Below are positions 7,652 to 17,011 of a DNA stretch of 38,917 nucleotides, piece after piece. A model generated the notes under the pieces. It was given only the letters and a program-made list of their open reading frames with translations, did no database searches and was not told the origin of the DNA. This DNA is from Chloroflexota bacterium (lineage in GTDB: Bacteria; Chloroflexota; Dehalococcoidia; UBA2979): the NCBI GenBank assembly GCA_009840965.1, contig VXMT01000126.1:1-38917 (forward strand), in the 5' to 3' direction. The position numbers were made by a program, and so were the translations under genes. Each line of letters begins with the position of its first letter. The first letter of the stretch is position 1.

Positions 7652-9043
7652 TCACGCTGTGGCGTCGCTCCCGTACGTGTCGCCGAACCGCTCCATCATG
7701 CGCTCCGTGTAGCGGGGATCGAACTCGACGATCCTGAGCTGAGCCGCAGGCGGCAGGTGCAGCCGCTCCTCGAGGTCGGCGGGGGGCGGCTTCATCTCGG
7801 CCGCATCCGGCGTGACGCCCATCGCGCCCGACGCGACGTACTCCTCGTACTCCTCCTCGCTGCATTCCAGCAACCCGGTCGCGATCAGGTGATTGTGCTC
7901 GCCGAGCATCGGGGCGCGCGTGCGCAGCTCGGCGGGAGTGCGGGAGAGCAAGGCCGAGGCGCCGGGCCAGGCCCGGCGGCCGGCCCCCTGCTCCGGCGCA
8001 TGGTCGACGAGCCAGAAGAACCCGCGGGCCTCGAGATGCGGATCGAGCAGCAGGTCGCGCGCGTTGGCCGCGACGGCGGCCGGCACGCCCCGAGCCTGCA
8101 ACTCGGAGACCGCTTCGTCGCCGTCGCGAGGGCGCGCCCACGCCTCCAGCGCCTCGCGGATCCGTTCCTGCTCGGCGGCGGAGAGTGGCTGCGCCCAGGG
8201 ATCGCGATCGACGTCGAGCGCCTCGAACTCGACCAGCTCGCGCAGCCCGTCCCACGAGGCACGATCGCAGACGTCGACCGCGAGCCAGCGCGAGCCGTCG
8301 TCGCACGGAACGCAGCCGGCGATCGGGTGACCGTCGTCGCCGTTCCCGCGCGGACCGGGAACGTTCGCGCCGAAGGCGCGGGCGACGTGCGCGTCGCCGA
8401 TCAGGTTGACGCCCACCTCGTACTGCGAGACGTCGACCCACGCGCCCTTGCCGGTGCGGTCGCGCCGCTCGAGCGCGGCGACCATGAGGAAGGCGATGTG
8501 ATAGGTCGCGGGGTGGTCGGTGAGGGGAATCGTGCCACGCTGGGGTGCCTCGCCTGCGTAGCCGTTGAGCGAGCTGATCCCGCTCATCACCTCGCTCATC
8601 ATGCCGTACGAGCGGATCTCGCTGTACGGACCGCCGTACCCGTAGCCGGAGGTCGAGACGTACACAAGGTCCTCGCGCGCGGCGCGCAGCTCCTCGTAGC
8701 TCAGCCCGAGATCCTCCATGAGCCCCGGCGGGTGGCTGTCGAGGACGATGTCGCAGCTCGCGACCAGGCGCAGGAAGAGCTCGCGGCCCCGGGGATTCCC
8801 GGCGTCCAGCCCGACGCAGTATGCCTTGTTCCGATGCTGTTCCAGGTAGATGCCGCTCTGTTCCCAGTACGGGTCGCCGGCGACGCCGTCGGGGAAGCAG
8901 AAGTTCCGCCCCAGGTCCGGCCGCCGGTAGTGCTCGACACGGATGATCTCGGCGCCGTAGTCGGCGAGCAGGCGCGCCGGGAACGTGCCCGCCTGCACGA
9001 TCCCGTTATCCAGCACGCGTACGCCGTCGAGTGCGCCGGGCAT
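7652..9043 (-). CDS. Class III (CaiB/BaiF) CoA-transferase, catalytic Asp present
   Basis: ALDGVRVLD, LADYGAEII, HRNK, GYGYGGPY, PLTDHPA, APMLGEHN. Confidence 0.92.
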   Translation of the reverse strand: MPGALDGVRVLDNGIVQAGTFPARLLADYGAEIIRVEHYRRPDLGRNFCFPDGVAGDPYWEQSGIYLEQHRNKAYCVGLDAGNPRGRELFLRLVASCDIVLDSHPPGLMEDLGLSYEELRAAREDLVYVSTSGYGYGGPYSEIRSYGMMSEVMSGISSLNGYAGEAPQRGTIPLTDHPATYHIAFLMVAALERRDRTGKGAWVDVSQYEVGVNLIGDAHVARAFGANVPGPRGNGDDGHPIAGCVPCDDGSRWLAVDVCDRASWDGLRELVEFEALDVDRDPWAQPLSAAEQERIREALEAWARPRDGDEAVSELQARGVPAAVAANARDLLLDPHLEARGFFWLVDHAPEQGAGRRAWPGASALLSRTPAELRTRAPMLGEHNHLIATGLLECSEEEYEEYVASGAMGVTPDAAEMKPPPADLEERLHLPPAAQLRIVEFDPRYTERMMERFGDTYGSDATA

Positions 9044-10221
9044 CAGATCGCCCCCGCTGCTGCGGCGGCCTGCAGCTCGCCTTCCGAGTGGCCAAGCAGT
9101 TCGCCGAACACAACAGCATTGTGCTCACCGAGCCGTGGGACGACTCGCATGCGCTCCGTGGCGCCCTCGGAGAGCGCGTACGGCGGCCCGGGGGCGCGTC
9201 CCTCTGCGCCGCCCGGCAGCCGGAGCGAGCCGAAGTGCGCGCGCGCCTCCAGGTGTTCGCAGGCCGCAACCTCGTCGAGCGTTTGCACCATGCCCGCCGG
9301 GACGCGGTGCTCCTTCGCCCGGGCGAACCACTCGCGGCGCGTGCGGGTGCGCATCGAGCGGGAGATGACGTCAGCCACGCGTCCGGCGTTCGCGGTCATC
9401 GAGAGTGGCGGTTGCAACTCCGGATCGAGGATCAACTCCTCCGCCTCGAGCGCGATGGCGAAAACATCCCACGGAACGGCGGTGTGCCAGTTCACGATGA
9501 TCGGGCCGTCCGAGGCCGGTTTCAGGTCGAGCCAGCCGCGAGCCTGCAGCGCTCCCTGGTACTGGTAGTCGGCGAAGTGCATGAAGTACGAGGCGACCAG
9601 CGACTCCTGGATGGAGACGTCGACATGCTGGCCCTCGCCGGTCAGCCGGGCGTGCCGCCGGGCGATCAAGGCGGCGTGCGCCGCATTGGACCCGGCCCAG
9701 TACTCGGAGATGTGGCGCGGGTAGCGCAGCGGCTCGCGGTCCTCGTCGCCGTTGCCGTCCATGAGGGCGGCGGCTGCCTGCAGGGTCAGCGAGCTGCCTC
9801 GGAGGTCACGCGACGGCCCGCTGCCGCCGAAGTTCGTGATGCTCACCCACACCACCGAGGGGTTCACACCGAGCACCTCTTCCAGGCCGAAGGCGTGGCG
9901 CTCCAGCGTACCGGGAGCGAAGTTCTCGACGACGATGTCGGCCCAGCGCACAAGCTCGCGCAGCCATTCGGCGCCGGTCGGCGTCGTGAAGTCGAGCGTG
10001 ACCGATCGCTTGTCCGCGTTGAGGAAGGCGTAGACGGCGCTGACCGTCTCGGCCGAGCCGTCGTCGAGCAGCGGCGGGAGCGCGCGGGCGGGGTCGCCGG
10101 CGCCGGGGCGCTCGACGTGAATGACATCGGCGCCCGCATCCACGAAGAGCTTCGCGCAGTACGGCCCGGCCGTGTAGCGGCCGAGATCGAGGATCCTCAG
10201 TCCCTCCAGCAGATCGTTCAT
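9043..10221 (-). CDS. Class III CoA-transferase subunit, Glu at the catalytic Asp position
   Basis: LEGLRILDL, AGPYCAKL, LNADKRSVTLD, RHISEYWAG, PRLGEHN; TGATG overlap with the downstream gene. Confidence 0.92.
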   Translation of the reverse strand: MNDLLEGLRILDLGRYTAGPYCAKLFVDAGADVIHVERPGAGDPARALPPLLDDGSAETVSAVYAFLNADKRSVTLDFTTPTGAEWLRELVRWADIVVENFAPGTLERHAFGLEEVLGVNPSVVWVSITNFGGSGPSRDLRGSSLTLQAAAALMDGNGDEDREPLRYPRHISEYWAGSNAAHAALIARRHARLTGEGQHVDVSIQESLVASYFMHFADYQYQGALQARGWLDLKPASDGPIIVNWHTAVPWDVFAIALEAEELILDPELQPPLSMTANAGRVADVISRSMRTRTRREWFARAKEHRVPAGMVQTLDEVAACEHLEARAHFGSLRLPGGAEGRAPGPPYALSEGATERMRVVPRLGEHNAVVFGELLGHSEGELQAAAAAGAI

Positions 10222-11129
10222 GCCACTGACCCCCGGAGCCGCGGGTCGAGGGTGTCTCGCAGACCGTCGCCGAGCACGTTGATCGCGAAGACCGTGACGG
10301 CCAGGGCAACGCCCGGGAAGAACGCCATCCAGGGGGCGCGCGTGACGTATGGCCGGGCCTCCACGCCCATCATCTGCCCCCAGGTCGGGTCCGGCGGCTG
10401 CACGCCGTAGCCGAGGAAGCTGAGCACGGACTCCGCGAGGATCGCCGAGCCGAGATTCAGCGAGGCGATGATGATGACGGGCGCGATCACGTTGGGGAGC
10501 ACGTGCCGCGCCATGACGCGTACGGGCGTGGCGCCGATGGTGGTGGCCGCCTCGACGTAGACCTCCTCGCGCACGCTCATCACGGCGCCGCGCACGATCC
10601 GGGAGCTTGTGACGCCCTGGTAGAGCCCGATGATCAGCGCGATGCTCAGGAAGCTGGCGCCCGCCATGGTGACGATGAGCAGCAGGAAGAGGATGAACGG
10701 GATGCCGATCGCGGCGTCCACGATACGCTGCAGCACCATGTCGGCGATGCCCCCGGCGTAGCCCGAGATCACGCCGACCAGCACGGCGATGAGGAGACCG
10801 AAGGCGACGGCCGCCAACCCCAGCAGGAGCGAGAAGCGCGTCGCGACCAGCACGCGGCTGAGGATGTCACGGCCGAGATTGTCGGTCCCAAGCAGGTACC
10901 CCTCCCCCGGTGAGCGCAGCCCGTTCAGCACGTCCGTATCGTACGGATCCTTCGGGGTGATGGAGGGCCCGATCACGGCGATGACCAGTCCGAACAGCAA
11001 CACGAGCGCCCCGAACGTCGCCAGCGGCTGTCGCCGGGCGAACACCCTGATCGCACGCCACCACCCCAGGGCCACGCTCGCGCGGCCCGCGCCGAGTGCG
11101 CGTTGCCTGCCTACACCGGTCGTAGCCAT
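10218..11129 (-). CDS. ABC transporter permease, DppC/OppC family
   Basis: LGTDNLGRDILSR, EAA loop YVEAATTIGA, LGDGLRDTLDPR. Confidence 0.95.
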   Translation of the reverse strand: MATTGVGRQRALGAGRASVALGWWRAIRVFARRQPLATFGALVLLFGLVIAVIGPSITPKDPYDTDVLNGLRSPGEGYLLGTDNLGRDILSRVLVATRFSLLLGLAAVAFGLLIAVLVGVISGYAGGIADMVLQRIVDAAIGIPFILFLLLIVTMAGASFLSIALIIGLYQGVTSSRIVRGAVMSVREEVYVEAATTIGATPVRVMARHVLPNVIAPVIIIASLNLGSAILAESVLSFLGYGVQPPDPTWGQMMGVEARPYVTRAPWMAFFPGVALAVTVFAINVLGDGLRDTLDPRLRGSVA

Positions 11130-11139
11130 CGCACTCCCA

Positions 11140-12093
11140 TCAGGCGCGGCTGTGCCGGATGCGCGGATCGATGAAACCGTACGAGATGTCGACGACCAGG
11201 TTCGTCATGATGATGATGACCGCCATGAACAACGTGACCGCCTGCACGACCTGGTAGTCGCGCCTCGAGAGTGCGTCGAGCGACAGCTGACCCAGCCCGG
11301 GGAGCGCGTAGATGCTCTCCAGCACGACCGATCCGCTTAGCAGGAAGATGAAACGGATGCCGATCAGGGTGACGACGGGGATGAGCGCGTTGCGCAGCGC
11401 GTGGCGGCGGATCTGCGTTGCCCGCGAGAGCCCTTTCGCGGCGGCCGTGCGCATGTAGTCCAGGCGCAGCACCTCGAGCATCGTCGCGCGCAGCATCCGC
11501 ATGATCGAGCCCGCGAGGAACACCGTGCCGACCAGCGCCGGAGCGAGCATGTGCTGGATGCTCGCGAGCGGGTCCTCCTGCAGCGGCACGTGTCCGATCG
11601 GAGGCGTCCAGCGCCAGTAGTACGCCGGGAGCGAGATCGTGAGGACGGCGATCCAGAAGAACGGGATCGAGATGCCACCGATCGCGATCGTGCGCAACAG
11701 GTAGTCGAACGGCGACCCGCGCATCACGGCGGAGAGCACGCCGAGCGGCAACCCGATCGCGAGGCTGAAGATGAGCGTCATCATCGCCAGCTGGAATGTC
11801 ACCGGCGTGCGGTCTCGGATCACAACGGAGAGCTCCCGGCCCGAGGCCAGCGACTCGCCGAGGTCTCCGCGCGCGAGTTCGCCGAGGTAGCGCCAGAACT
11901 GGACCGCAATCGGATCGCTGAGCCCGAGCTTCTCCCGCAGTTCCTCCGCCTGGCCCGGCCGGGCGCCGGTGTCCTGAAAGAACTGGTCGACGATGTCGCC
12001 CGGCATGAGCCGCACCGCGACGAACACGATCACGACCACGAGCACCAGCGAGATGCTCGAGACCACCAGGCGGCCGAGGAGGTATCGCGCCAC
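11140..12093 (-). CDS. ABC transporter permease, DppB/OppB family
   Basis: GDLGES, DYMRTAAAKGL, HALRNALIP, DPRIR. Confidence 0.95.
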   Translation of the reverse strand: MARYLLGRLVVSSISLVLVVVIVFVAVRLMPGDIVDQFFQDTGARPGQAEELREKLGLSDPIAVQFWRYLGELARGDLGESLASGRELSVVIRDRTPVTFQLAMMTLIFSLAIGLPLGVLSAVMRGSPFDYLLRTIAIGGISIPFFWIAVLTISLPAYYWRWTPPIGHVPLQEDPLASIQHMLAPALVGTVFLAGSIMRMLRATMLEVLRLDYMRTAAAKGLSRATQIRRHALRNALIPVVTLIGIRFIFLLSGSVVLESIYALPGLGQLSLDALSRRDYQVVQAVTLFMAVIIIMTNLVVDISYGFIDPRIRHSRA

Positions 12094-12142
12094 GAGCCAG
12101 TTGCTACTCAGTCGCCCCCGTTGCTCCGGCTGTCAACGCTCC

Positions 12143-13980
12143 TTACTTCTGCACGTAGACCTGATCCACGCGCCCGCTGTCCCAGAGCATCGGGATGCCC
12201 TGGATGCGCGAGAGCGCCGCGTAGGAGAAGGGCCCCGATCCCGTCCAGGCGTTGGCGATCTCCTCGGGCGAATTGACGAAGCGCTGCATGTCCTGCATCA
12301 GCGAGATCCGCTCCTCGATGTCGAAGGTGCTCTCCTCGACGGCGAGCATGCGGTCGAGGTCCGGGTTCGCGTACCCCGAGAAGTTCCGGCCTCCCTCGCT
12401 GTGGTACATCTTCTGCATCGCGTCGTGGGCGTCGACGCCCATCGAGTAGGCCGACGAGATCATCTGGAACTCGTGCAACGCCTCCGCCTGCTTCCAGGCG
12501 CCCCACTCGAGCGCCTGCTCCGACGGTTGCAGGACGTTGCCGGAGACATCCTTGTACATGTCGACCGCGATCTGCAGCTGGTCGATACCGACAAGGGTCT
12601 GGGGCACGGACCACCCCATGATTTGCCACTCCATGGGGTTGTCGGCGTCGAAACCCGCCCGGCAAGCATCTGGAGTCCCTCGGCGATGTCTTGCTCGCGC
12701 CGCCCCAAGCCGAAGCCCGGCATCTCCTCGAACTCCGCGTCCGGGAGATGGAACGCGAGATGCCCCATCCCGAGCGCGATCGACGGCTTCGCTCCGATCG
12801 GCCAGCCGTACGTACGGTTCGGCAGGCGGTCCATGATCAGGTTGATCGCCCAGCGCACGCGGATGTCGGCGAAGGCGGGATCCTGCGTGTTCATGAAGTG
12901 CCCGTGCGCGGAGGCGGCCATCACCTCCGAATACACGTACCCGTCGATGCCCTCCGACTCGAGGAACCCGGCAAACGAGTCGTGGCCGGGGAGCAACTCG
13001 GCAGGCACCAGCACGATGTCGATGTTCCCGGCGCGGAACTGCGACCAGTGGTCCTCGACGTCGAGCTGTTCGAGTTCGTCGAGGTACGGCAGACCCTCGC
13101 GCCAGTAGTCGGGGTTCCGCACGAGCGTGGCGCCGAAGTCGGGCGCGAAGCTCTCGACGATGAACGGCCCCGTGCCGATCGTCGCCTCCGGACTCTTGAT
13201 GTCCCCGAACTGGTCGATCACCTCGGGCGCGACGGGAATCCACTGGTAGCCCGCGAGCATGGTGAGGATGATCGCCGTCGGGTACTTCGTGGTGAGCCGC
13301 ACGGTGGAGTCGTCCGGCGCCTCGATCGTATCGACCACCGCCAGGTCGCCGCTGTGGATGAACGAGGGGTCGTCCGAGCGCGCCCGCTCGAGGCCGAACA
13401 CCACGTCGCTCGCCTTGAAGTCGCGGCCGTTGACCGGCGGCTTGTTCTGCCACTTCACGCCCTCGTGAAGCGTGAAGACCACGTCGGTGCCGGCCTGCTC
13501 CCAGGACTGCGCGAGATCCGGCTCAGGGAGCTGGGCGTCACCGCGATAGCGGACCAGCCGGTTGTAGGTGGCGCCGATGATCTGCTGCGCCCCGGAGATG
13601 CTGTCCTGGTGGATGTCGAGGTGGGCCGTGGTGTTCTGGGCCCATGACATCTTCCCGCCTCGCTTCGCCTCGTCCTCCGCGGTGGTGGCAGCCTGGGTCG
13701 GCGTGGCTGTCGCCCGAGGTGCGACGGTGGCCGTCGCCCGCGGAGCAGGGGTAGCGGTCGCCGGCGCGGCAGTGGCCGTCGCCTGGGCGGGGGCGGCAGC
13801 GGGCGTGGCTGCCGCCGGAGGAGCCTCGTCGTCGTCGTCGTCGCAGCCGATCAGCGCGGCAGTGGCGAGTCCGGCGGCTCCGAGGACGCTCCCTCGCAGG
13901 AGCGCCCGGCGGCCGATGATCGTCCTTCCCAGCCTCCGGTACGTGGCAGCAACCTCACTCTGGTCATCTCGCGCGGCCAT
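12143..13980 (-). pseudogene. Family-5 ABC substrate-binding Tat-lipoprotein broken by a 1-nt frameshift near 12658-12662 (real or sequencing error)
   Basis: N-part in ORF 12460..13980 (GRRALLRG...LIGC, PDLAQSWE, IGTGPF) reads to GLQMLA; C-part continues in the frame of ORF 12143..13453 (AGFDADNP...NFSGYANPDLD...VYVQK*). Confidence 0.85.
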
Positions 13981-14032
13981 GCTGTCTCTCCCCCCACCGC
14001 GGAGCAGCTACACGCTCCGCCGGCCCAGCCTC

Positions 14033-14076
14033 AATCGTGGTATCGCGATTGTTCTTAACCCGTCCCGGCGTGTCAA
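14033..14076 (-). promoter_or_regulatory. Probable sigma70 promoter of the 13980->3982 operon, with an overlapping imperfect palindrome
   Basis: TTGACA (14071-14076)-17nt-AACAAT (14048-14053) on minus; AATCGTG-GTAT-CGCGATT at 14033-14050. Confidence 0.5.
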
Positions 14077-14230
14077 CCGCAGCAGTCCTCGGGTGGGGCT
14101 GATGCGGACGCGACCGCCTCCCCGGATTCGAGCGCCAACCCCGAGCCGGAACAGCAGCGCTTCTCGCCGCCGCACGGATCCTCGACGAAGTGCGCCTCAC
14201 GGTTGTCGGTCGCTCTGCGGAGGCGCGGGG

Positions 14231-14329
14231 GTCAGGACCAAGCGACGAACATGGGCATCACTGTTCGGAAACGACAAGATCGAGCACGTTCCGGTGGTGG
14301 TGCGGGTGCAGTTGGCGCGGCCGCAGTAG
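14231..14329 (+). repeat. Dispersed intergenic element, copy 2
   Basis: 64/72 nt identical to 38137-38208; first 34 nt identical to 3812-3845; followed by a degenerate partial re-start (GTTCCGGGTGGTGGT, about 14348-14362). Confidence 0.9.
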
Positions 14330-14389
14330 ATGCGAACGGACGGACAGGTTCCGGGTGGTGGTACCGAAGCTGGCGGTTCGCTCCCGGCG

Positions 14390-15313
14390 CTACGTGAAGG
14401 CGGGGAACACCTCGCGGGCGACCCGCTCGAAGAGCCCTCGATCGTAGGGAGTGTTCACTACCATCACGAGGTGCGTGAAGCCGGCGTCGGCGTAGGCCTG
14501 CACGGCGTTACGCAGGTCCTCCGGCGAACCGCCGATGGTCATGCGCCGCACGTCGGCCGGCGCCAGACCCTGCCACTCCGCGGTGCGCTCGACGAAGCGC
14601 TCGTAGATCGCGTCCGGGATGAGCGCGGCGCCGGCGGTGAGCTCGATGTCCTCGAAGCGCCGGCCGACAACGTCGCAGTGCCGACGGAGGCGCTCGATGC
14701 GATCCGCCAGCAGCTCCAGCGTGCCATTGCCGTTCCATGCGTCCGCGTACTTCGCCACCAGCCGCAGCGTGCGGTTGGGGCCCGTACCGCCGACCCAGAT
14801 CGGCGGATGGGGCTGCTGCACGGGCGCCGGGACGAACGGCGCGTCCTCCAGCCGGTAGTGGTCGCCGCGGAAGCTCACGCCCTGCTCCCCCGACCAGAGC
14901 AGCCTGATGACCTGCAACGCCTCCTCGAGGCGGTCGAACCGCTCACCGGCCGTGCCAAAGTCGAAGCCGTAGGCGGCGTGCTCGCGCTCGAACCAGCCTG
15001 CGCCGATGCCGAAGTTCAGCCGACCATCCGAAATCACGTCGACGGTGGTGGCGATCTTCGCGAGGTGGGCGGGGTTGCGGAACGTGTTGCAGGTGACCAT
15101 GGTCCCGAGTCGCAGCCGCGGCACGCGCGCGGCGAGGGCCGCGAGGGTGGTCCAGGCCTCGAGGCAGGGTCCGTCGGCGTCGCCCGCGCCAGCCGGCAGG
15201 AGGTGATCGGTGGTCCAGGCCGCGTCGTAGCCCAGGCCCTCGAGCAGCTGCCACGTGTCGAGCAGCTCGTCCCAGCTGATGTTCTCCTGGCCGGTCTGAA
15301 CCGAGAACCGCAC
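14390..15313 (-). CDS. LLM-class oxidoreductase, probably F420-dependent
   Basis: WTTDHL, LEAWTTLAALA, RNPAHLAKIATTVDVISDGRL, GIGAGWFEREH, HPPIWVGGTG. Confidence 0.9.
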   Translation of the reverse strand: MRFSVQTGQENISWDELLDTWQLLEGLGYDAAWTTDHLLPAGAGDADGPCLEAWTTLAALAARVPRLRLGTMVTCNTFRNPAHLAKIATTVDVISDGRLNFGIGAGWFEREHAAYGFDFGTAGERFDRLEEALQVIRLLWSGEQGVSFRGDHYRLEDAPFVPAPVQQPHPPIWVGGTGPNRTLRLVAKYADAWNGNGTLELLADRIERLRRHCDVVGRRFEDIELTAGAALIPDAIYERFVERTAEWQGLAPADVRRMTIGGSPEDLRNAVQAYADAGFTHLVMVVNTPYDRGLFERVAREVFPAFT

Positions 15314-15350
15314 ACGATCCCCTTTCGCGCCGCGCCGGGCGGTTGCCCGA

Positions 15351-15764
15351 TCAGCTCCGCGACATCGGGCGGAACTTCGGCAGGCTGATCTCGTCCGTAG
15401 CGTCTTCGAAGTGCACCTCGACCGGTTGACCGACGTAGATCCTGTCGGGCGAGACGCCGACGACGTTGGTGAGCATCTTCGGGCCTTCTTCGAGCTCGAC
15501 GATCGCCTCGATGTAGGGCACGTCCTCGGAGAACGCCGGCGACTGCGGGCGATAGATCGTGCTCCAGCTCCAGACCGTTCCCCGGCCCGAGACTTGCTCC
15601 CAGTCGTAGTCCTCGGAGTAGCACTCGCGGCAGAGGATCTGCGGGGTGAAGCGATAGGCCCGGCACTCGCGGCAGCGTTGCAGCACCAGCTTGTGCGCTC
15701 GCGCGCCGTCCCAGAACGGGCGCCAGAGATCGGTCGGCGACGGCAAGGGCTTGGAGAACGGCAT
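15351..15764 (-). CDS. DUF35 Zn-ribbon/OB-fold protein
   Basis: PFWDGA, CREC...CREC, SGRGTVWSW, VELEEGPKMLTN. Confidence 0.92.
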   Translation of the reverse strand: MPFSKPLPSPTDLWRPFWDGARAHKLVLQRCRECRAYRFTPQILCRECYSEDYDWEQVSGRGTVWSWSTIYRPQSPAFSEDVPYIEAIVELEEGPKMLTNVVGVSPDRIYVGQPVEVHFEDATDEISLPKFRPMSRS

Positions 15765-15792
15765 GTGAAGTCCCTCCGCTCGCGCTCACCCG

Positions 15793-16986
15793 CTATTTCG
15801 CGAGGATGGCGTACGCGAACCCGCCGGTCGGCGGCGTCCCGATAGCCGCGACTTGTGGATCGCGGAGCTTCCTGCAGACCGCGCGGTCGTACGTGTGCTC
15901 GCCGCTCTCCCAGTCCGGGCAGAGGTCGGGCACGAATCCGCGGAACTGGCGCACGGCCTCGACGATCTTGAAGTTGTGGGGAGCGCCGGGGTGGCTGAAC
16001 GAGAGGTTCCCGCCGTCGGTCACCATCGGGAACTTCTGGTCGAAGTCCATGTGCTCGACGATGAACGGGCCACCCTCGCCGGGCTCGCAGAACCCCATCA
16101 GCTCGGTGTCGATGATCAGCCCGCTCGAGAAGTGGTCGTAGAGCTGCAGCTGATCGACGTCGTCATGGCCGACGCCTGCGCGCCCGAACCCGGCGACGAG
16201 GCGGTCACGCCAGCGGTAGATGTCGAGCGTGGGGACCTCGAAGTAGCTTCGGAAGTGGCGCGCGCTCGCGCCGCCGATCACCCACACCGGGTCGTGCTTC
16301 GACTCGGCCGCACGCTCCGCGCTCGCGACGACCAGCGCGGAGGCGCCGTCGCTCACGATCGAGGACATGAGCAGCGTGAACGGGTCCGCGAACTTCCGCG
16401 ATTCGAGCACATCGTCGGCGGTGTACGGCCCCCGCCCAAACATCACCGCGTCCGGGTGGATGTGGCCGTGGTTGCGCACGGTGGCCGCGCCGTAGGCCAT
16501 CTGCTCCAGCGTCGTGCCGTACTCGTGCATGTGTCGCCGCGCCTGCAGCGCGATCTGTCCGGCGGTGATCGATCCGGTCCACTCGGTGAACTCGTCGGTC
16601 GGGCGTGTCCAGCTCGCGACACGTCCGTCGGCCGGACCGCGCGCCTGCCCGTAGACGATCACCGCGACGTTCACCTCACCCCACGCGATCGCCGGCACAG
16701 CCTCGAGCAGCGCGTCCGCACCCTGCGAGGTGCCCCCGGCGGAGAGCGCAATGTCGAGCTGGTAGCCGACATTCCCGAGCGCGAACCCGGTCCCGCCGCT
16801 CATGCCGAGGTCGTTGCCGAAGGGGAAGGGGCCGTACCAGCCGTCGACGTCCTCGATCGAGAACCCCGCATCGTCGAGCGCTCCGAACACCGCCTCGCGG
16901 ATCAGCGAGCGGGTCGTGCGCTCCGACTGACGCTCCTGTTTCGTCGCGTACACGCCGACGACGGCCGCCTCGTGTCGCCTGGTCAC
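15793..16986 (-). CDS. Thiolase-superfamily (SCP2-type) protein without the canonical nucleophilic Cys
   Basis: AAVVGV, RRHMHEYGTT, SDGASALVV, LYDHFS, DGGNLSFSHPG; GTG 16986 follows GGAGGT. Confidence 0.87.
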   Translation of the reverse strand: MTRRHEAAVVGVYATKQERQSERTTRSLIREAVFGALDDAGFSIEDVDGWYGPFPFGNDLGMSGGTGFALGNVGYQLDIALSAGGTSQGADALLEAVPAIAWGEVNVAVIVYGQARGPADGRVASWTRPTDEFTEWTGSITAGQIALQARRHMHEYGTTLEQMAYGAATVRNHGHIHPDAVMFGRGPYTADDVLESRKFADPFTLLMSSIVSDGASALVVASAERAAESKHDPVWVIGGASARHFRSYFEVPTLDIYRWRDRLVAGFGRAGVGHDDVDQLQLYDHFSSGLIIDTELMGFCEPGEGGPFIVEHMDFDQKFPMVTDGGNLSFSHPGAPHNFKIVEAVRQFRGFVPDLCPDWESGEHTYDRAVCRKLRDPQVAAIGTPPTGGFAYAILAK

Positions 16987-17011
16987 ATACACCTCCGAAC
17001 GGGGCCCGCGC

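Noticed and set aside
12655-12665. Programmed frameshift or phase variation in the binding-protein gene
   Set aside because: No slippery heptamer or long simple repeat; point deletion or sequencing error is simpler.
14231-14329. Dispersed repeat as CRISPR repeat, integron attC, DGR template or LexA box
   Set aside because: Copies are 10-24 kb apart with no spacers, cas, integrase or reverse transcriptase; mismatches are not adenine-specific; GAAC-N12-GTTC spacing does not fit the GAAC-N4-GTTC box.
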